Assembly: GCA_976226885.1 (NCBI GenBank)
Contig: OZ320316.1
Location: 111,600,001-111,664,000 of the forward strand
Origin: Iphione sp. A-MEVVRFRX5
Taxonomy: Eukaryota
Direction of reading: 5' to 3'
DNA length: 64,000 nt
Shown here: in pieces, positions 24,791 to 37,396 of the stretch
Layout: every line of letters begins with the position of its first letter
Position numbering within the stretch: the stretch's first letter is position 1
Position numbers and translations under genes: made by a program
The notes under the pieces: generated by a model
Told to the model about the DNA's origin: nothing
Database searches by the model: none
The model's input: the letters and a program-made list of their open reading frames with translations, nothing else

Positions 24791-26319
24791 AATAATAGAT
24801 GGTAGAATGAAATCTCAGGAGGATATGGAAGAACAGCTAAAATAATAGCTGAAGATCTAGTTCCTGGTTAAATATCCAATGAAAAGTAAAAACAGGTTAT
24901 TGGAAGCAATCTTCCCTGTAGTCTATTCTTGAAGGTAACATATGGCTTTAACGTAATTTACCCTAACTGAAGTGTCAGCAGTTTTGGCTAGACCACAGTT
25001 TACCAATACGTCTGATTCATATTTACCTACTTATATAAAAAGGCATCGTCTCAGAAATCTGGTTTGACCTCAGTGTATGCTGGGAAATGCACCTTGAAAA
25101 AGCCCATTTCAAGATGGCGGAATCCTGTCGAATCGATTTTTGCTTATTAAAATTGAGAGAGATCAGACCATTTTAGATCAAACCAAGATGGAATTAACTT
25201 AAATAAATCATAAATGCATCTTTTTGATGTGGTTCCATTAATTTTTGTCTATAAATTTCGATTCGACAACACTCTGCGTAACATTCCGAACTCCTCCTGG
25301 TACCCCTACCTCGATTTCGTGCGAACTTAAGGTATGGGAACCAGGACGATTGTTATTTCCGGTTGGCAGATACCGCGAGTCTGTGTATGACTAGCGTGTT
25401 TACCGCCAGCAGAGGAATCGCGGTACGAAAATCACGCGAAGCACACTGGTTTTTTAATAAAACACAACAAACTTTTACGGCAAACATTAAGTAATTAATT
25501 ATCATACTGATTTTTAGGGTTAGGGTCAGTTCTTAGATTAAGGGTGAGGGTTAGGTTTAGTTTTTAGGGTTAGGGCTAGGGTTAGCCTATTAAAAAATCA
25601 ATATTCAATATTCAAAAATCCATGATGGTGCCGACGAACTGTAAAGTGCAGTTGCCCCAGAGATTTTTTCACCTCTTGGTGAGGTGTTAATTGGACACAG
25701 TCGAAGTAACTAGATATAGCATGTAGGGTGGGTACCAGTATGCTTAGTTAGGATGCTAGGGGCCATGTTACCAGCTGTTAACCAAGGAGGAGCTTCTTGT
25801 TGAGTTTTAGACAAAACCTTTGAAAGATATGTGAAATATTGACATATTGGTTACATACTCAAGTTTAGGACAAATTTGAGGAATGTCTCTGACATTTTGC
25901 TCAAAGGAAATGTATGTTAGGCGTGATCTGCCAATTTCCACAATTCTGTAATAGTGCCAGTGTACAAGAAATTCTCCGCTGCACTGTCCATGAATTGAAA
26001 GTTTCCACTGTATTTACTATTGTGGTTGCAGAGTGGCTTGCCTGACTGTAAAGTGGGTATCTGGCAGACCTCGCTCTGGCAATCTGAAAAAGGTTCCCAG
26101 ATCAGGCCGTGCACAATACAGTAGAACCTCCCTATTCCGTCACCTCACTATTCCACTACTCTTGCTATTCGCACAGAGGTAGAACATAGCCAACGTCAAA
26201 CATATACCCTTGCTATTTCAGTCACAATTCCTGGCAACAGAAATCATTAATCTATAATCTAATATGTTAGTCCTTCAGCATTGCAGACATGAATACCCTT
26301 TCCTTGTGACATGTGTTGT

Positions 26320-27170
26320 CAGGTGCTCCTCCCTTCCACAGTCTTCCACCTGACAGCCTCAGAAACTCCCACACCTCCCTGAGATGCTACCCCCTCCTTG
26401 GCCTTCCCCCTGACACCCTTTGAAGTTCCCACACCTCCCTGAGCAGGCCTGTAGCCAAGAGAGTATTGGGGGTATCGTCCGATACCCCCCTTCCAAGATT
26501 TCCACATATACATTTGAATGGAGGTGGTCACCAGTGTCACCAGAATGTTCCATTCTGAGGTATAAAGAGTATCATCCGATACCCCCCAGAAAACTTCCTG
26601 GCTACGGGCCTGCTGAGGTGCCACCCTGTCCTCGGCCTTCCTCCTGACATTCTTAGAAGTTCCCACACCTCCCTAAGGTGCTACCCCTGTGCTCTGCCTT
26701 CCACCTGACAGCCTCAGAAGTTCCCACACCTCCTTGAGGTAATACCCCTGTCCTCTGCCTTCCTTCTCACACCTCAGAAGTTCCCACACCTCCCTGAGGT
26801 GCTGCCCTGTCCTCAGCCTTCCTCCAAACACCCTTAGAGGTTCCCACACCTCCCTGAGGTACTACCCCTGTGCTCTGCCTTCCTCCTGACAGCCTCAGAA
26901 GTTCCCACACCTCCTTGAAGTACTACCCCTGTATTCAGCCTTCCTCCCCCCAACCTCAGAAGTTCCCACACCTACCTGCGGTGCTACCCCTGTCACCCGC
27001 CTTCCTCCTGTCACCCTTAAAAACATTCCCATTCCTCTTGGAGGTGCTACCACTGTCCATAACCTTCCTTCTAACAACCTTAAAAGTTCCCATCCCTCCC
27101 CCCCCTGAGATGCTATCCCTCTCCTTAATCTTCCCCCTGATGCCCTTAGAAGTTTCAACACCTCCTCAGG
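26320..27170. repeat. C-rich minisatellite, 60-61-bp period
   Basis: AGAAGTTCCCACACCTCC at about 26655, 26716, 26776 and 26897. Confidence 0.9.
26444..26612. mobile_element. MITE family A copy 3 (TSD CTGAG), inserted in a 60-bp minisatellite
   Basis: ctgag|CAGGCCTGTAGCC...GGCTACGGGCCTG|ctgag; neighbouring repeat units show the empty site. Confidence 0.92.
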
Positions 27171-28026
27171 TAACCCTGACTATTCCACAACCCTCGCTAT
27201 TGAGGGTATAACCACTTGGAATCAAGCAGTGTTGGAATAGCAGGGTTAAATATTATATTTTGAAAATTGTGAAATCCGATCTTATTGTGAAAGCCAGTAG
27301 GGTACGAGATAAACATACAAGGGAAAAGCTCACTCAATAGAGATACACTGGTGCGTTGTACAGTTAGAGAGAACCAGATCAATCCATGTGGATATCTCTA
27401 TATCAATTACAGTATGAGAAATTTGCTGTACTCGACCAGGAACAAGCTACACTATGATCTGATGAAGCTGTGACATTCAGCCCTAAAACAATACGGCTTG
27501 TAGGTTCCAGACGCTGACTAAAATCGGAGATGCTACATACAGAAACAGAGAGGATGTTAACATAGTTCTGTCTGTCTATCTGCAATGTGGTTGCATTGAG
27601 ATTACTAAACAATGGCAAAAATATTTATAGGGGGGCTCAATGATGAATGTAACATTGTATAATTTCCATCTGCTACTGTTCCTTAATTATGCTGACATTG
27701 TTGTGTAATGATGTTGACGCTTCTTATGATGATTGTTCCACTACGTGTCCAATAAATGAATTGCTCTCTCGTGAATGCCCAATGTGTGTTTGGTCCCGCT
27801 TCCCGGAGGAAGGGAATTGATAATTCCGTAAGATATTGTCATATAGGAATGGATTAATATTAGTAGGATTTTCATTATAAACAGGAATTTTGATGATTGG
27901 GGACTTGACACTAATGACTCATTAAACTACAGACTCATTATTATGTGTTCCTTTATGCCAGACAAATCAAGCTTTTCACATGTATATGTGACATATATGT
28001 ATTAACACTAAGCAAATTTATCTGAG

Positions 28027-28465
28027 GAGCATTCATTTCATACTGCAAATGATGTTAATGAAAACATCCTTTCCAATTCTTATGTTTCCGTCAACTTCTT
28101 GATGTAATGAACTGCAGTTTGTCGTTTTGCATATACAGCCCTCATCAGCCAAACAGGATGTTTTACAGAAATTTGGAGGCGGATGGGGGACATGGCATGT
28201 GGCCATTCTGGGGATGTTTATTTACACCAGACAAATAAGCTAGAACTTTGAAATTTGGTGTTGATATAATATGTATGTGATGTACATATAGTGACAGTTA
28301 GTAGGTTTACTTTAGGAGCATTCATTTAATACTGCAAATGATGTTAATGAAAACATCCTTTCCAATTCTTATGTTTCCATCAACGTCTTGATGTAATGAA
28401 CTAAAGTTTGTTGTTTTTGCATATACAGCCCTGCTCAGCCAAACAGGATGTTTCACAGAAATTTG
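28027..28465. repeat. Direct duplication of about 148 bp (28027-28175 and 28316-28465)
   Basis: GGAGCATTCATTT...ACAGAAATTTGG occurs twice. Confidence 0.85.
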
Positions 28466-28595
28466 GGGGTGGGGGTGGGGGTGGGGGGGGTAGAAGAGGG
28501 TTCTGGTTAAAGTAAAAAAGAAACGCATGGAACCTGATGTTTTATTAGATATAAATGGATGTGCTTGAACGGGATATTTGGTCATTGTGGGGATC

Positions 28596-28950
28596 AGTTG
28601 AGGGGACTGACTGTGTAAAGTCCCACTGTGAAGTGCAAATACTTCATTTATTACTTGTATATCGGCTTACTGCACACAAACGTATTCTACTATTTCTTGT
28701 TGGGCCATCCTACGGTCGCTTCCTATATCCGTATACCTGATTCTGCCGGTGTGCTGAGGTATGATGTGCCATTGAGAGTTGAGGGGACTGACTGTGTAAA
28801 GTCCCACTGTGAAGTGCAAATACTTCATTTCTTACTTGTTTGGCAGCTTACTGCAAACAAACGTATTCTACTATTTCTTTTTGGCTGTCCTACGGTCGCT
28901 TCCTATATTTATATACCTGATTCTGCCGGTGTGCTGAGGTATGATGTGCT
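28596..28950. repeat. Tandem duplication of about 181 bp
   Basis: AGTTGAGGGGACTGACTGTGTAAAGTCCCACTGTG occurs twice. Confidence 0.88.
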
Positions 28951-29229
28951 GCATTGTTTGCCTCAAGACATCGTGTAGAATCAACTAGGTTTTTTTAGTA
29001 GGTTTGAATGCTATAGTCTATATACACGTATTGGTGTGCTTAGGACGCACTACTCAGGATGTGAAGAAACAAGTTCAACCAAAGGTAGTTTTTTTTGTAA
29101 ATCAATGTTTATTCTGGAGGGGAAATACATACAATGCTGTACATGTATATGGGATCCAGGATGAAAAGAATACTATGATATGCCATAAGGTGATTCGGTG
29201 TGAGAAGTACTTCTTTGGATAGATGTAAT

Positions 29230-31900
29230 ATCATATTATAGAGTAAATACCCTAAAGGACATTCCAGCTGTGGTCGATGGCCTGTGGAGGTGTTGTGGTA
29301 CTTGAGTAGGTTTAGGTTGACATCCAGTCCCACTTTTTTAAGGACTTTATTTCCACTGGAAGAATGAGACTTATATATCACACAAATTCTGTACAAATGT
29401 GGGGCAATCTTGACCTTGACAATAGTCCCATGAACTGACTGGTGGACATGGTGCGAATGCCTCAAGTGACAGCGAATGAGGCTTCAGTGGATAGCCATTG
29501 GGAGTGTACTGTTCATTAAATGTGGGGGCTAAAGGACTGAGGCAGATATGAACAAGGTGGCTGAGACAGGAGGTATATATACCACAGATGGTAAAAAAGA
29601 TAACCAGCAACAACTTCTCAGGCAGTTACAAGCACTCAAATTCCCCACTAGATGGCATCTCTGTATCAATATTAATATGAATATCTGTTCTTCCCTCTTA
29701 AGGCATCAGGCAGATTAAAGATCAATGGTGGTTACTCACTGGACTTTAGAAGATGTCTGTGATTTCTTCTTAGCAGACCATGCTCACTCTAAATGTTGTA
29801 AGAGTAAGGCTGAGTGTCAGGCCTTAAAACCACAGCTGGTTTCCTTGCCTTTCCTCATTGAACATGAATTACACTACCTAGATAAAGACTGGAGAGTGGC
29901 CTTGCTCATTGATCATAATACTTTTTTTACTACTCTAGCCTTTTCTTCAAATAGGGGTTGCCATTGACCAATTGTAGCTGGAAAAAGACTTGTCTCATCT
30001 GGCAGCTTTGAATGTAGAGCCCTGCTAATTAGTAACTGGAGAGTATGAAGACCCTGATATTGGAGTGTCTCTATACTCAATTAGTGCCAAATATGGATCA
30101 TGGCCATCTTCTTCAGCCTTCTTTAAGATGTTCTGCAATGCTTGGCCAATGACTGTGGAAATCCTGGGCTATTCCCTTGCAAAACATTTGAACTGGTAGC
30201 TTGCAAATCCCATGTTGTCACTGACAATTTTCTTAGAGATGCTGCGATGAGGGCACTTATTCTTCACATGGGAAACAATGTTACCAGTAATCTTGTTAGT
30301 TAGTGATAACAGCTCTGGGTACATGTACTTGGAGTAGAAATCAACTACAACCAGATATTCTTTCACCTTTAAAATCATGACATACATTGCTACCTTGTGA
30401 AAGCATCAATCTGTTGTGTTCTATGTGATCAATGGTTCTTTAATCTGGCTGCACTGGAATTTGCAACAAACTGCACGCTAGTTAACATATCCTGCAAGAT
30501 TACCTCATGTATGATAAGATGATCACCAACAAACAGCACTCCCTCTGTGATGTGGAGATCTTTTCTAGTGTTCCAATCACATCAGATATTTGGTGGAACA
30601 CTCTTCCCTGACTTCAGCATGTTAGCTACATACATGTGGTTGCCGGATACATATTCAATATGCAAATCATACTGTTGCTGAGATAGAATCAGTATCTGTA
30701 GTCCTGTTGGGGCTTTCCTACGAGGCTTCCTTAGAAAAAGTTCAACTGGCTTGTGGTCTGTGTTTACCTTGATGCATTTCTTGTCACGGATGTCCACGGA
30801 ATTTCTTTGGGACAAGACATATTGCCAACAGTTCCTTTTCAATTTATGTATAATTTGTCTCAGCAAACATCACTCTATAGGTTTGTTGTCTTGTAGCAGT
30901 CAGTAGTACATTCACTTGTACCCTTCGCAAAGATTAAATTGAATGTTGCGGCCATCTACCTGAAGCAGAGTTTGCCACTTGTCATGTCCTGGACTTCTTT
31001 TTGTAACCCTTACTACACATAACAAATAACACATTTCTGTCATCCTGATCTAGCATGTCATCTAGCTGGTGCACATGATTTCTGAATCTCCCCCTTAGTA
31101 ACCTTTTCTTTTATTTTGAAGTCAGTACATCATGCATATCAGATCAGTTGATCTTGTTGTACATGGCTATGCTCTGAGCTCAGTCAATTGCGATCGAGTT
31201 GTGTCAGATCAGTTGATCTTATTAACTTTTTTGTTTCACAAGTTAACCCAAATATTTTCACACGCTTCCTTTCACATAGTTGTATTTATCAGCATAGCAT
31301 TTAACATACTCATTGCAAAATGATTGTGGCTATTACACTTTTTGCATATCTTACCATAGGCAGGACAGTTTTGTGGAGCATGATGACTGCTGCAACATTT
31401 GGAAAAGCCTGAGGCTGAGCTTGACCCTTCATCAAGCATTGTGGCTAAGTGTCTATACTTGGCTTTGGACTGTGCATCTTCGCACCTTTGAACGTCTGGT
31501 TACCTTCCTTCCTAATGGCATGTACCTGTTGTGATGACTGCTGACCACCTGTCACAACATGGATCTAGGCCCTGCTTGCTTCTGCATCATGGCAGATATC
31601 TAGGTCCTTAGCTAGGGTTAGATCTGCTCAGGGAAGTAACTGTTCCTTGACACGTGTGTCAGCTACACCATATATGATTAGTCCCTCAGTTTTGTCTCTG
31701 TCTGCTCTTTATACTCACAACTGGCAAAAACAAGATCCTCAGCTCATTTGTCCACAGATCAGTTGATTTTCCATCTTGCTGGATTCTTGCCAAAACTTAT
31801 ATGCTGTTTAAAAACCTCATTTTTCCTTTGGTCACAATAATCCCTAAATTTCTTCAGAATATCTGCAATGTCACTGTTACAGGTGGAAATGTGAATATCC
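29230..31900 (-). mobile_element. Decayed Ty3/Gypsy LTR retrotransposon: gag, protease relic, RNase H, integrase; no RT or LTRs seen
   Basis: gag KKFRDYCDQRKNE, GVADTRVKEQLL and CPAYGKICKKC..HNHF; RNase H IEKELLAI and TDHKP; integrase YLVVVDFYSKY, IVSDN and LKKAEEDGHDPYLALIEYRDTP; many stops and frameshifts. Confidence 0.88.
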
Positions 31901-32341
31901 ATCATAGAAAACATTGACATTTAGCATTATGCTAAGAGGGTTGGGGGGAGGGGTAGCATGTGTTTTATCAAGGCATTTCTCACGAATTAGAACAGGTATG
32001 ATAAATATACCCAAACCTCCGTGCAGATGACATTTTAAGGATGGTTATGTCAAACTTTGCACACTTTCCGTTGAGAATTTCACGGGTTGTACATGTGGAG
32101 GTTTTTTATGTGGCACTTACTCACCTGGCAATACAACAATATTAACCAGAATTAGCATACATGACTCCAATATCTAATGATGGCCATCCACCCTTCTACA
32201 TAACAATAGAGAAAACGGATGGACCGCTTTATCCAGGCATGCAGAGTTCAACTGACGCACGGGGTAGAGAGCAGTTATAGGATTTTCCACCAGATGGCAC
32301 CCCTAAACAACGCTCTTCACTTTCAGAAAGGATGAAAAGAG

Positions 32342-32553
32342 TGAAGCACGGGAGGAGTTACATATAATCAAAAATATATTCCCACACCTTGAATTTGTGC
32401 GGGATACCCCTATTCTGCACTTCACCACTACCATCTGTATCTAGTTTTGTTGTTGTGTTGTGTTTTGTTTTTTCAAAATACCAAAAAGCACCTCGAATGT
32501 AAACTTTGTTATATGTCTATGTAATAAACTGGCAGGTGCCATTTCAAAAAAAA
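32342..32553 (+). mobile_element. Short copy of the same LINE family with inverted 5' segment and 15-bp TSD
   Basis: AAAGGATGAAAAGAG at 32327-32341 and 32554-32568; the 3' part ends AATAAACTGGCAGGTGCCATTTC-polyA; the 5' part is antisense to the ORF2 end. Confidence 0.8.
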
Positions 32554-33620
32554 AAAGGATGAAAAGAGAAGACCGGCGCTGGTCGGAGAATACTTATTTG
32601 GAAACTTCTGATTCAAATGCAAATGTTAACAACAGGACATGTAACGTAGCTACAGTAGCTACAGTAGGTTAAATATATTCATATTACAAAATAGCATATA
32701 CATAGTATAGCAAACACTGAATAAACATGTACGGTATAATGTATTCTTTGTGAACTGTTCTACATATCGACAAAATTTTGAAAGAAGAAATGTTGACGTT
32801 TTTAGAAACTAGTTGTCTGTAAAGAGGATTTTGCCCTTCTTCTGTGCATAGTTTGCTTGTGAGAGTCATTCCGTATTTATTACATATTATATCGAAAATA
32901 GCAAGGGCTACAACTTAATATAACAACGAAAAGCTCTTGATAAAACTCTGAATGAGTCTATCAGGAGATCAGGAGTACTATATCACGTAAGGACAATGAA
33001 TGAGACTGTCAGGATATCAGAGTTATTTTTTTTATCCCATAATCGAAAGTATGAATGGGATTATCAGGATATCAGGAGTACTATATCACATTGTCGCTAC
33101 TTTATCTGACGTTTCTCCCATTAAACGGATCACAAATAGTCAAACGCCCCTCCATTGACAAACCGCAGTTCTGACAAGGCCTTAAGTCAGAACAGTGAGG
33201 AGTAATACAAGATACGAGGTTTTGATGATAAGACATGACTGGGAAGTGGTTATCACCTGAATGTAAGATAACTTCCATTGTTTCATTCTACTTTATTTCA
33301 CTCTGGATTACACCATATAAAATGTGTTTTCTATAGTACAGCTGATGCTGAACATATAATGTGGAGACAAAATTACACAAATTAAAGAGACGTATTGAGA
33401 AAATGATCACAGGTGAGTGAAGAAGTTACAACAAGAGAAATGGGAATCTCTTCCATTTGCTAACTCACACAATTCCCAACTCCTACATATGCCAAGATAC
33501 ACCGTAACCAACTATCATTTACTAAATCATACCATATCCATCTCTTCCAATTGCTAGCTCACACAATAACCAACTCTGTCCATTGCCAGCTCATACTGTT
33601 ACCAACTCATCGTGAGTGGG

Positions 33621-33832
33621 CATGCCCGTAGCCAAGGGGGTATTATCTGATACCCCCCACAAAGGCCATGAGTTCCACTCAGAAAAATTATGATAATTAT
33701 GTAACGTTTAAAAATAGTGGAACTTCTGCTCCAGAATACTCTAACCAGGAGTTTTACCTCTCTAACCAGGAGTACCTGGTACCATCTCTCGAATTTCAGA
33801 TACCCTTCTCAAAAATCCTACCTACAGGCCTG
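33621..33832. mobile_element. MITE family A copy 4, diverged (TSD GTGGG)
   Basis: gtggg|CATGCCCGTAGCC...CCTACAGGCCTG|gtggg. Confidence 0.8.
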
Positions 33833-34312
33833 GTGGGTACTTTTACAACAGACTGGAAACACTCATCACTGTATATATCACATGCATAGTTTGGTACTAT
33901 TTTCAGTAAGAGTCACACTTAAGTTGCCCTTAAGTGTGAGTTGCCTTCCTACCTGAATTAACGGATTGCTGAAGTGTCAATGACACCATTACAACACTTA
34001 TGTTTACCATTTCTTAAGACAATGTCTGGAAAATAAGCAAGCTGAATGGTGGATTTTCTATTATGACATCAGAAATAGTAAAAAAATGATCCGTTGTAAT
34101 GGCTTCTGGTAATATGTTAATTTGGTTTCTAATTAACCATCTGTCCTTTTCTCGGTCTCAGTGTAACGTCCGCTTTGAAAGAGGAAAAACCTTTAACCCA
34201 ACCTTTTACACCTCACAAATATTAAACCGCCTCAAGTTGATACACTACATGTACATCAACAATATTTACATAGGCCTTCAGATAGATACATGTCTAGCCT
34301 TTTCTAGGGTTC

Positions 34313-35720
34313 TTTTTTTTTTTTTTTTGAAAAGGCATCTGCCAGTTTATTTCTGAGGTGATTGACATAGTGATACAAAAGGAGATGCTTTTGGTGATTT
34401 TTAAGAAAGACATTGATAAGAGCAACAACAACATTGAATGAATACAATAGGAAAATACATTACTACAATAGGGAACACTAACAATAACATGAATGAATAA
34501 ATGAATAAATAAATAAGGGTGGAGAGTTTACAATTCATCAAAAATATATTCCCACACCTGAAATTTAGAGGGAAGACCCCTAAATTTCCAAACATCACGT
34601 TCAAGAAGTAACAGTTGTTTGAACTCCTTAAGCCAAGAGTGTAAATGAAAGGTAGCATTATCAAATCGTTTTTGCCTAAAGATAAAAAATTTACCCCATA
34701 ACAAGAGATAATTGATCTGAAGCTTGTTTTTGTATCCTTTTCGAACCCCAAACAAAAATTCACGAATTTTTAATTGAAAAAGAGACTCTTGAGTGACCCT
34801 ATACCACCATGATAAAATTGTTTCCCAAAACTTCTGTGAGATAGGACATTCAATAAAAAAGTGATTAAATCGTCATAACCTTGACAGTATGAACAGGTAG
34901 GCGAATCTAACAATTTCCTTTTATCAAGGAAAGCATTGCAAGGAATAATATTATTTACAAGTTTGTAATGAAAAGTTTGCCATTTCGTGCTGATAGTTAT
35001 AATCATCATCAAGTAAATTAGTAGCTGTATCCATCCAATAGTCTTGACCTGCTGGAGTTGATAGAAGTTGTCGAATAAGCAGCCAGTAAATGTCTTTTGG
35101 AGAGAGTCTAAGAATATTAGTGGCAACTCCATTAAATTGACAAAGAAGAGAATTTGTTTGATGGTGGCCAGATGAGGATTTAAGAATTTGAATTTGGTCC
35201 CATGAGGGAATGCATTTAAACAAATTGTAGTCCTGAAGAGAAAGATCAATTTCAAAATTTCGATTAAGGTATGTTAAAGGAACAAAATCATAATTACTCC
35301 AGATGTCACCTATGGAGGTAATGCCAGCATGTTGACATTTTCTTTGTAGTGATGCACACCTTAAATGATTACAAAAATCATCATCCCAAAGGGGATCACT
35401 TAAGATCACTTCTGGTAACTCTGATTTTATACAGTACACCTTTTTCCATGTCTGTAATACCTCTTTTCCATAAGGCCAGTTCACAGAACAATGAGATTTT
35501 TTACATTTACAGTGAAAAAGTATTTGTACAGATGAAACATTGAATAAGGCCTCAAGGATAGGATCTATTGGAAGGAAAATTCGGTTAACCATCCTGTTAA
35601 CTTGAAATAGTCGGTTGGCCTTAAAACGGCAATGGAGATCCGCCAACTTGATGCCTCCATCCTTAATGTCTTGAATAATAAAACTTCCCCATGAAGATGA
35701 CTTCCTCAAGCTGGTGCTGC
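34313..35720 (-). mobile_element. 5'-truncated L1/Tx1-type LINE (ORF2 C-terminus, 3' UTR, polyA)
   Basis: DGGIKLADL..RFKA, post-RT zinc finger TKWQTFHYKLVNNIIPCN.FL..RK..DSPTCSYC, and AATAAA about 15 nt before an A16 tail (T-run 34313-34328 on +). Confidence 0.85.
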
Positions 35721-36579
35721 CATCTAGATTTAATTCTTGTAGGCCCAGGTCCCAGAAATGCAGCCAAGAGTGGCTTTGTTTAGGTCACCGACATGAAATA
35801 AATTTTCTCACTAGGAAAGGCATACTGCAGGCAAGTCGCTGGTTGGAACCTTTATTTCGTGAATGTACAGATCAGGACTGAAAAATAAAATGAATACCGG
35901 TACTGAAATAGGTTGATTACACTATTTACAGAGTATAGTGTCACGGCCATCCATTACACCATTACAATTTTAACATGTATTTCCTTGCCGGCCGGTGTTT
36001 CTTGATAGCTTGAAACCCCTTGGAGTTGCAAATAAAATTTCTAGTTTCCGTAGTATGTATATGGACAGATCTATGCCGGTCACACACCCTGTAACTAGCT
36101 GGTATGCGTGGGTGTGTGTATGTTTGTGTATGTTGGGGCCAGGGTGGGGCCAGGAGGGTGGGGGGGGGCGGGGGGCCGGGAGGTCAACTCCATCACATAG
36201 TTACGGATCTAATAAGGTATGGCCAAAGCAGTTTGGGGAAAAAATACTTAGTCCCAGGCTCGAAACCAGTCCATTCATAGTATGATTAGTCCGAAAAAAC
36301 GGTAGTTGGACCGAAACGTGATTCACAGAGGAGTAAAATTACCGGTATAGTCGGCGGAACACGCTACAGAACAGACAGTAGAGATGGCCCCTCGATATGT
36401 AACATATTATCATGACCGCTCTCTTTACTCGTGAATTCCAACATTTCTACTTTGTAACAATGGTTTCATCAGGCGACTACGTGTACTCCATGCACTTAAA
36501 AAAGATCGGCCTATTTTTAACAAACTACTTATAAGGGTTTGGTGACAGCTACTCTTGTCAGTGCAAACCTGTCAACCTC

Positions 36580-37317
36580 TCACGCAAGACGCCACTCAAA
36601 GTATACTATAAATGAATATTCATGAGCCGCCATCAGGAGACTTTCGAGCCTTCTGATTGGCTTCTTATGAAAAATTCCTCCGCGACGCAACGAATAATTC
36701 AATGAATGAAAAAAGTAGAAACAGTGTCTAAAGCCAGGGACATGGCCCGTTTTATTACCCAACTAAGTGTCTCAGACTTCGTCGTTGCAAGAATGGCGAT
36801 TTTCAGGGCGAACGTCGTGAGAAAGTGGGAGTTTATGTGAAGAAGTAGTTCGGTTCGGTGCGGCGGCCTGCTGGCAGGACGAGGTCACCCATGTCTAACC
36901 GCCATCCCACATAGTACATGGCGTGATCGTTCGAGTAATGATTATTCATGAGATTAAGTTGAGATACTTTACCCCACCCACTCCCGAGATTTTCTTTGAC
37001 AACTGCAAGCGGCCAATATTTATACATTCAGACGGAAATTCTACCTCGAGAACCGAGCAGCACGGGTCATACCAGTGAACCGCTTCAGCGACCGAGGAGG
37101 TTCGGCTTGTCAAACGAAGGAAAAGTGGAGTAACTTTATTTTCCTGTATGGGAGGAAGGCGAGAAAGTGAAACAGCGCTGACCTAGAATAGATCATCGAC
37201 AGCTTCATTCCCGCCTCCCCCGGTCCACCTTGTAGACCGTGCGTGTTCTAAGGAGTACGGAGCCAGATAAGAGCCGGACTTTTGACAACAGACGGAAAGA
37301 GACAACGTCCCCCAAGT
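36580..37317 (+). promoter_or_regulatory. Putative distal promoter and 5' UTR of the receptor
   Basis: CpG-enriched relative to its flanks; reverse CCAAT (ATTGG) near 36656; directly upstream of exon 1a. Confidence 0.4.
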
Positions 37318-37396
37318 ATGGGTCCTTTTACGAGAATCACACTTCTCTTATCGGTGTGTATTTGTGTCGGCTTCTTGAACGTCCTGTCGGTTGAAG
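37318..37396 (+). CDS. LpR: Distal first coding exon 1a, signal peptide [26 protein letters not shown], phase 1
   Basis: ATG, hydrophobic core, GAA G|gtaagt donor; phase matches the LA1 exon. Confidence 0.82.

Noticed and set aside
26320-27170. Regular repeat arrays here and elsewhere considered as CRISPR-like
   Set aside because: Units are contiguous with no unique spacers, no cas genes are present, and the context is eukaryotic.
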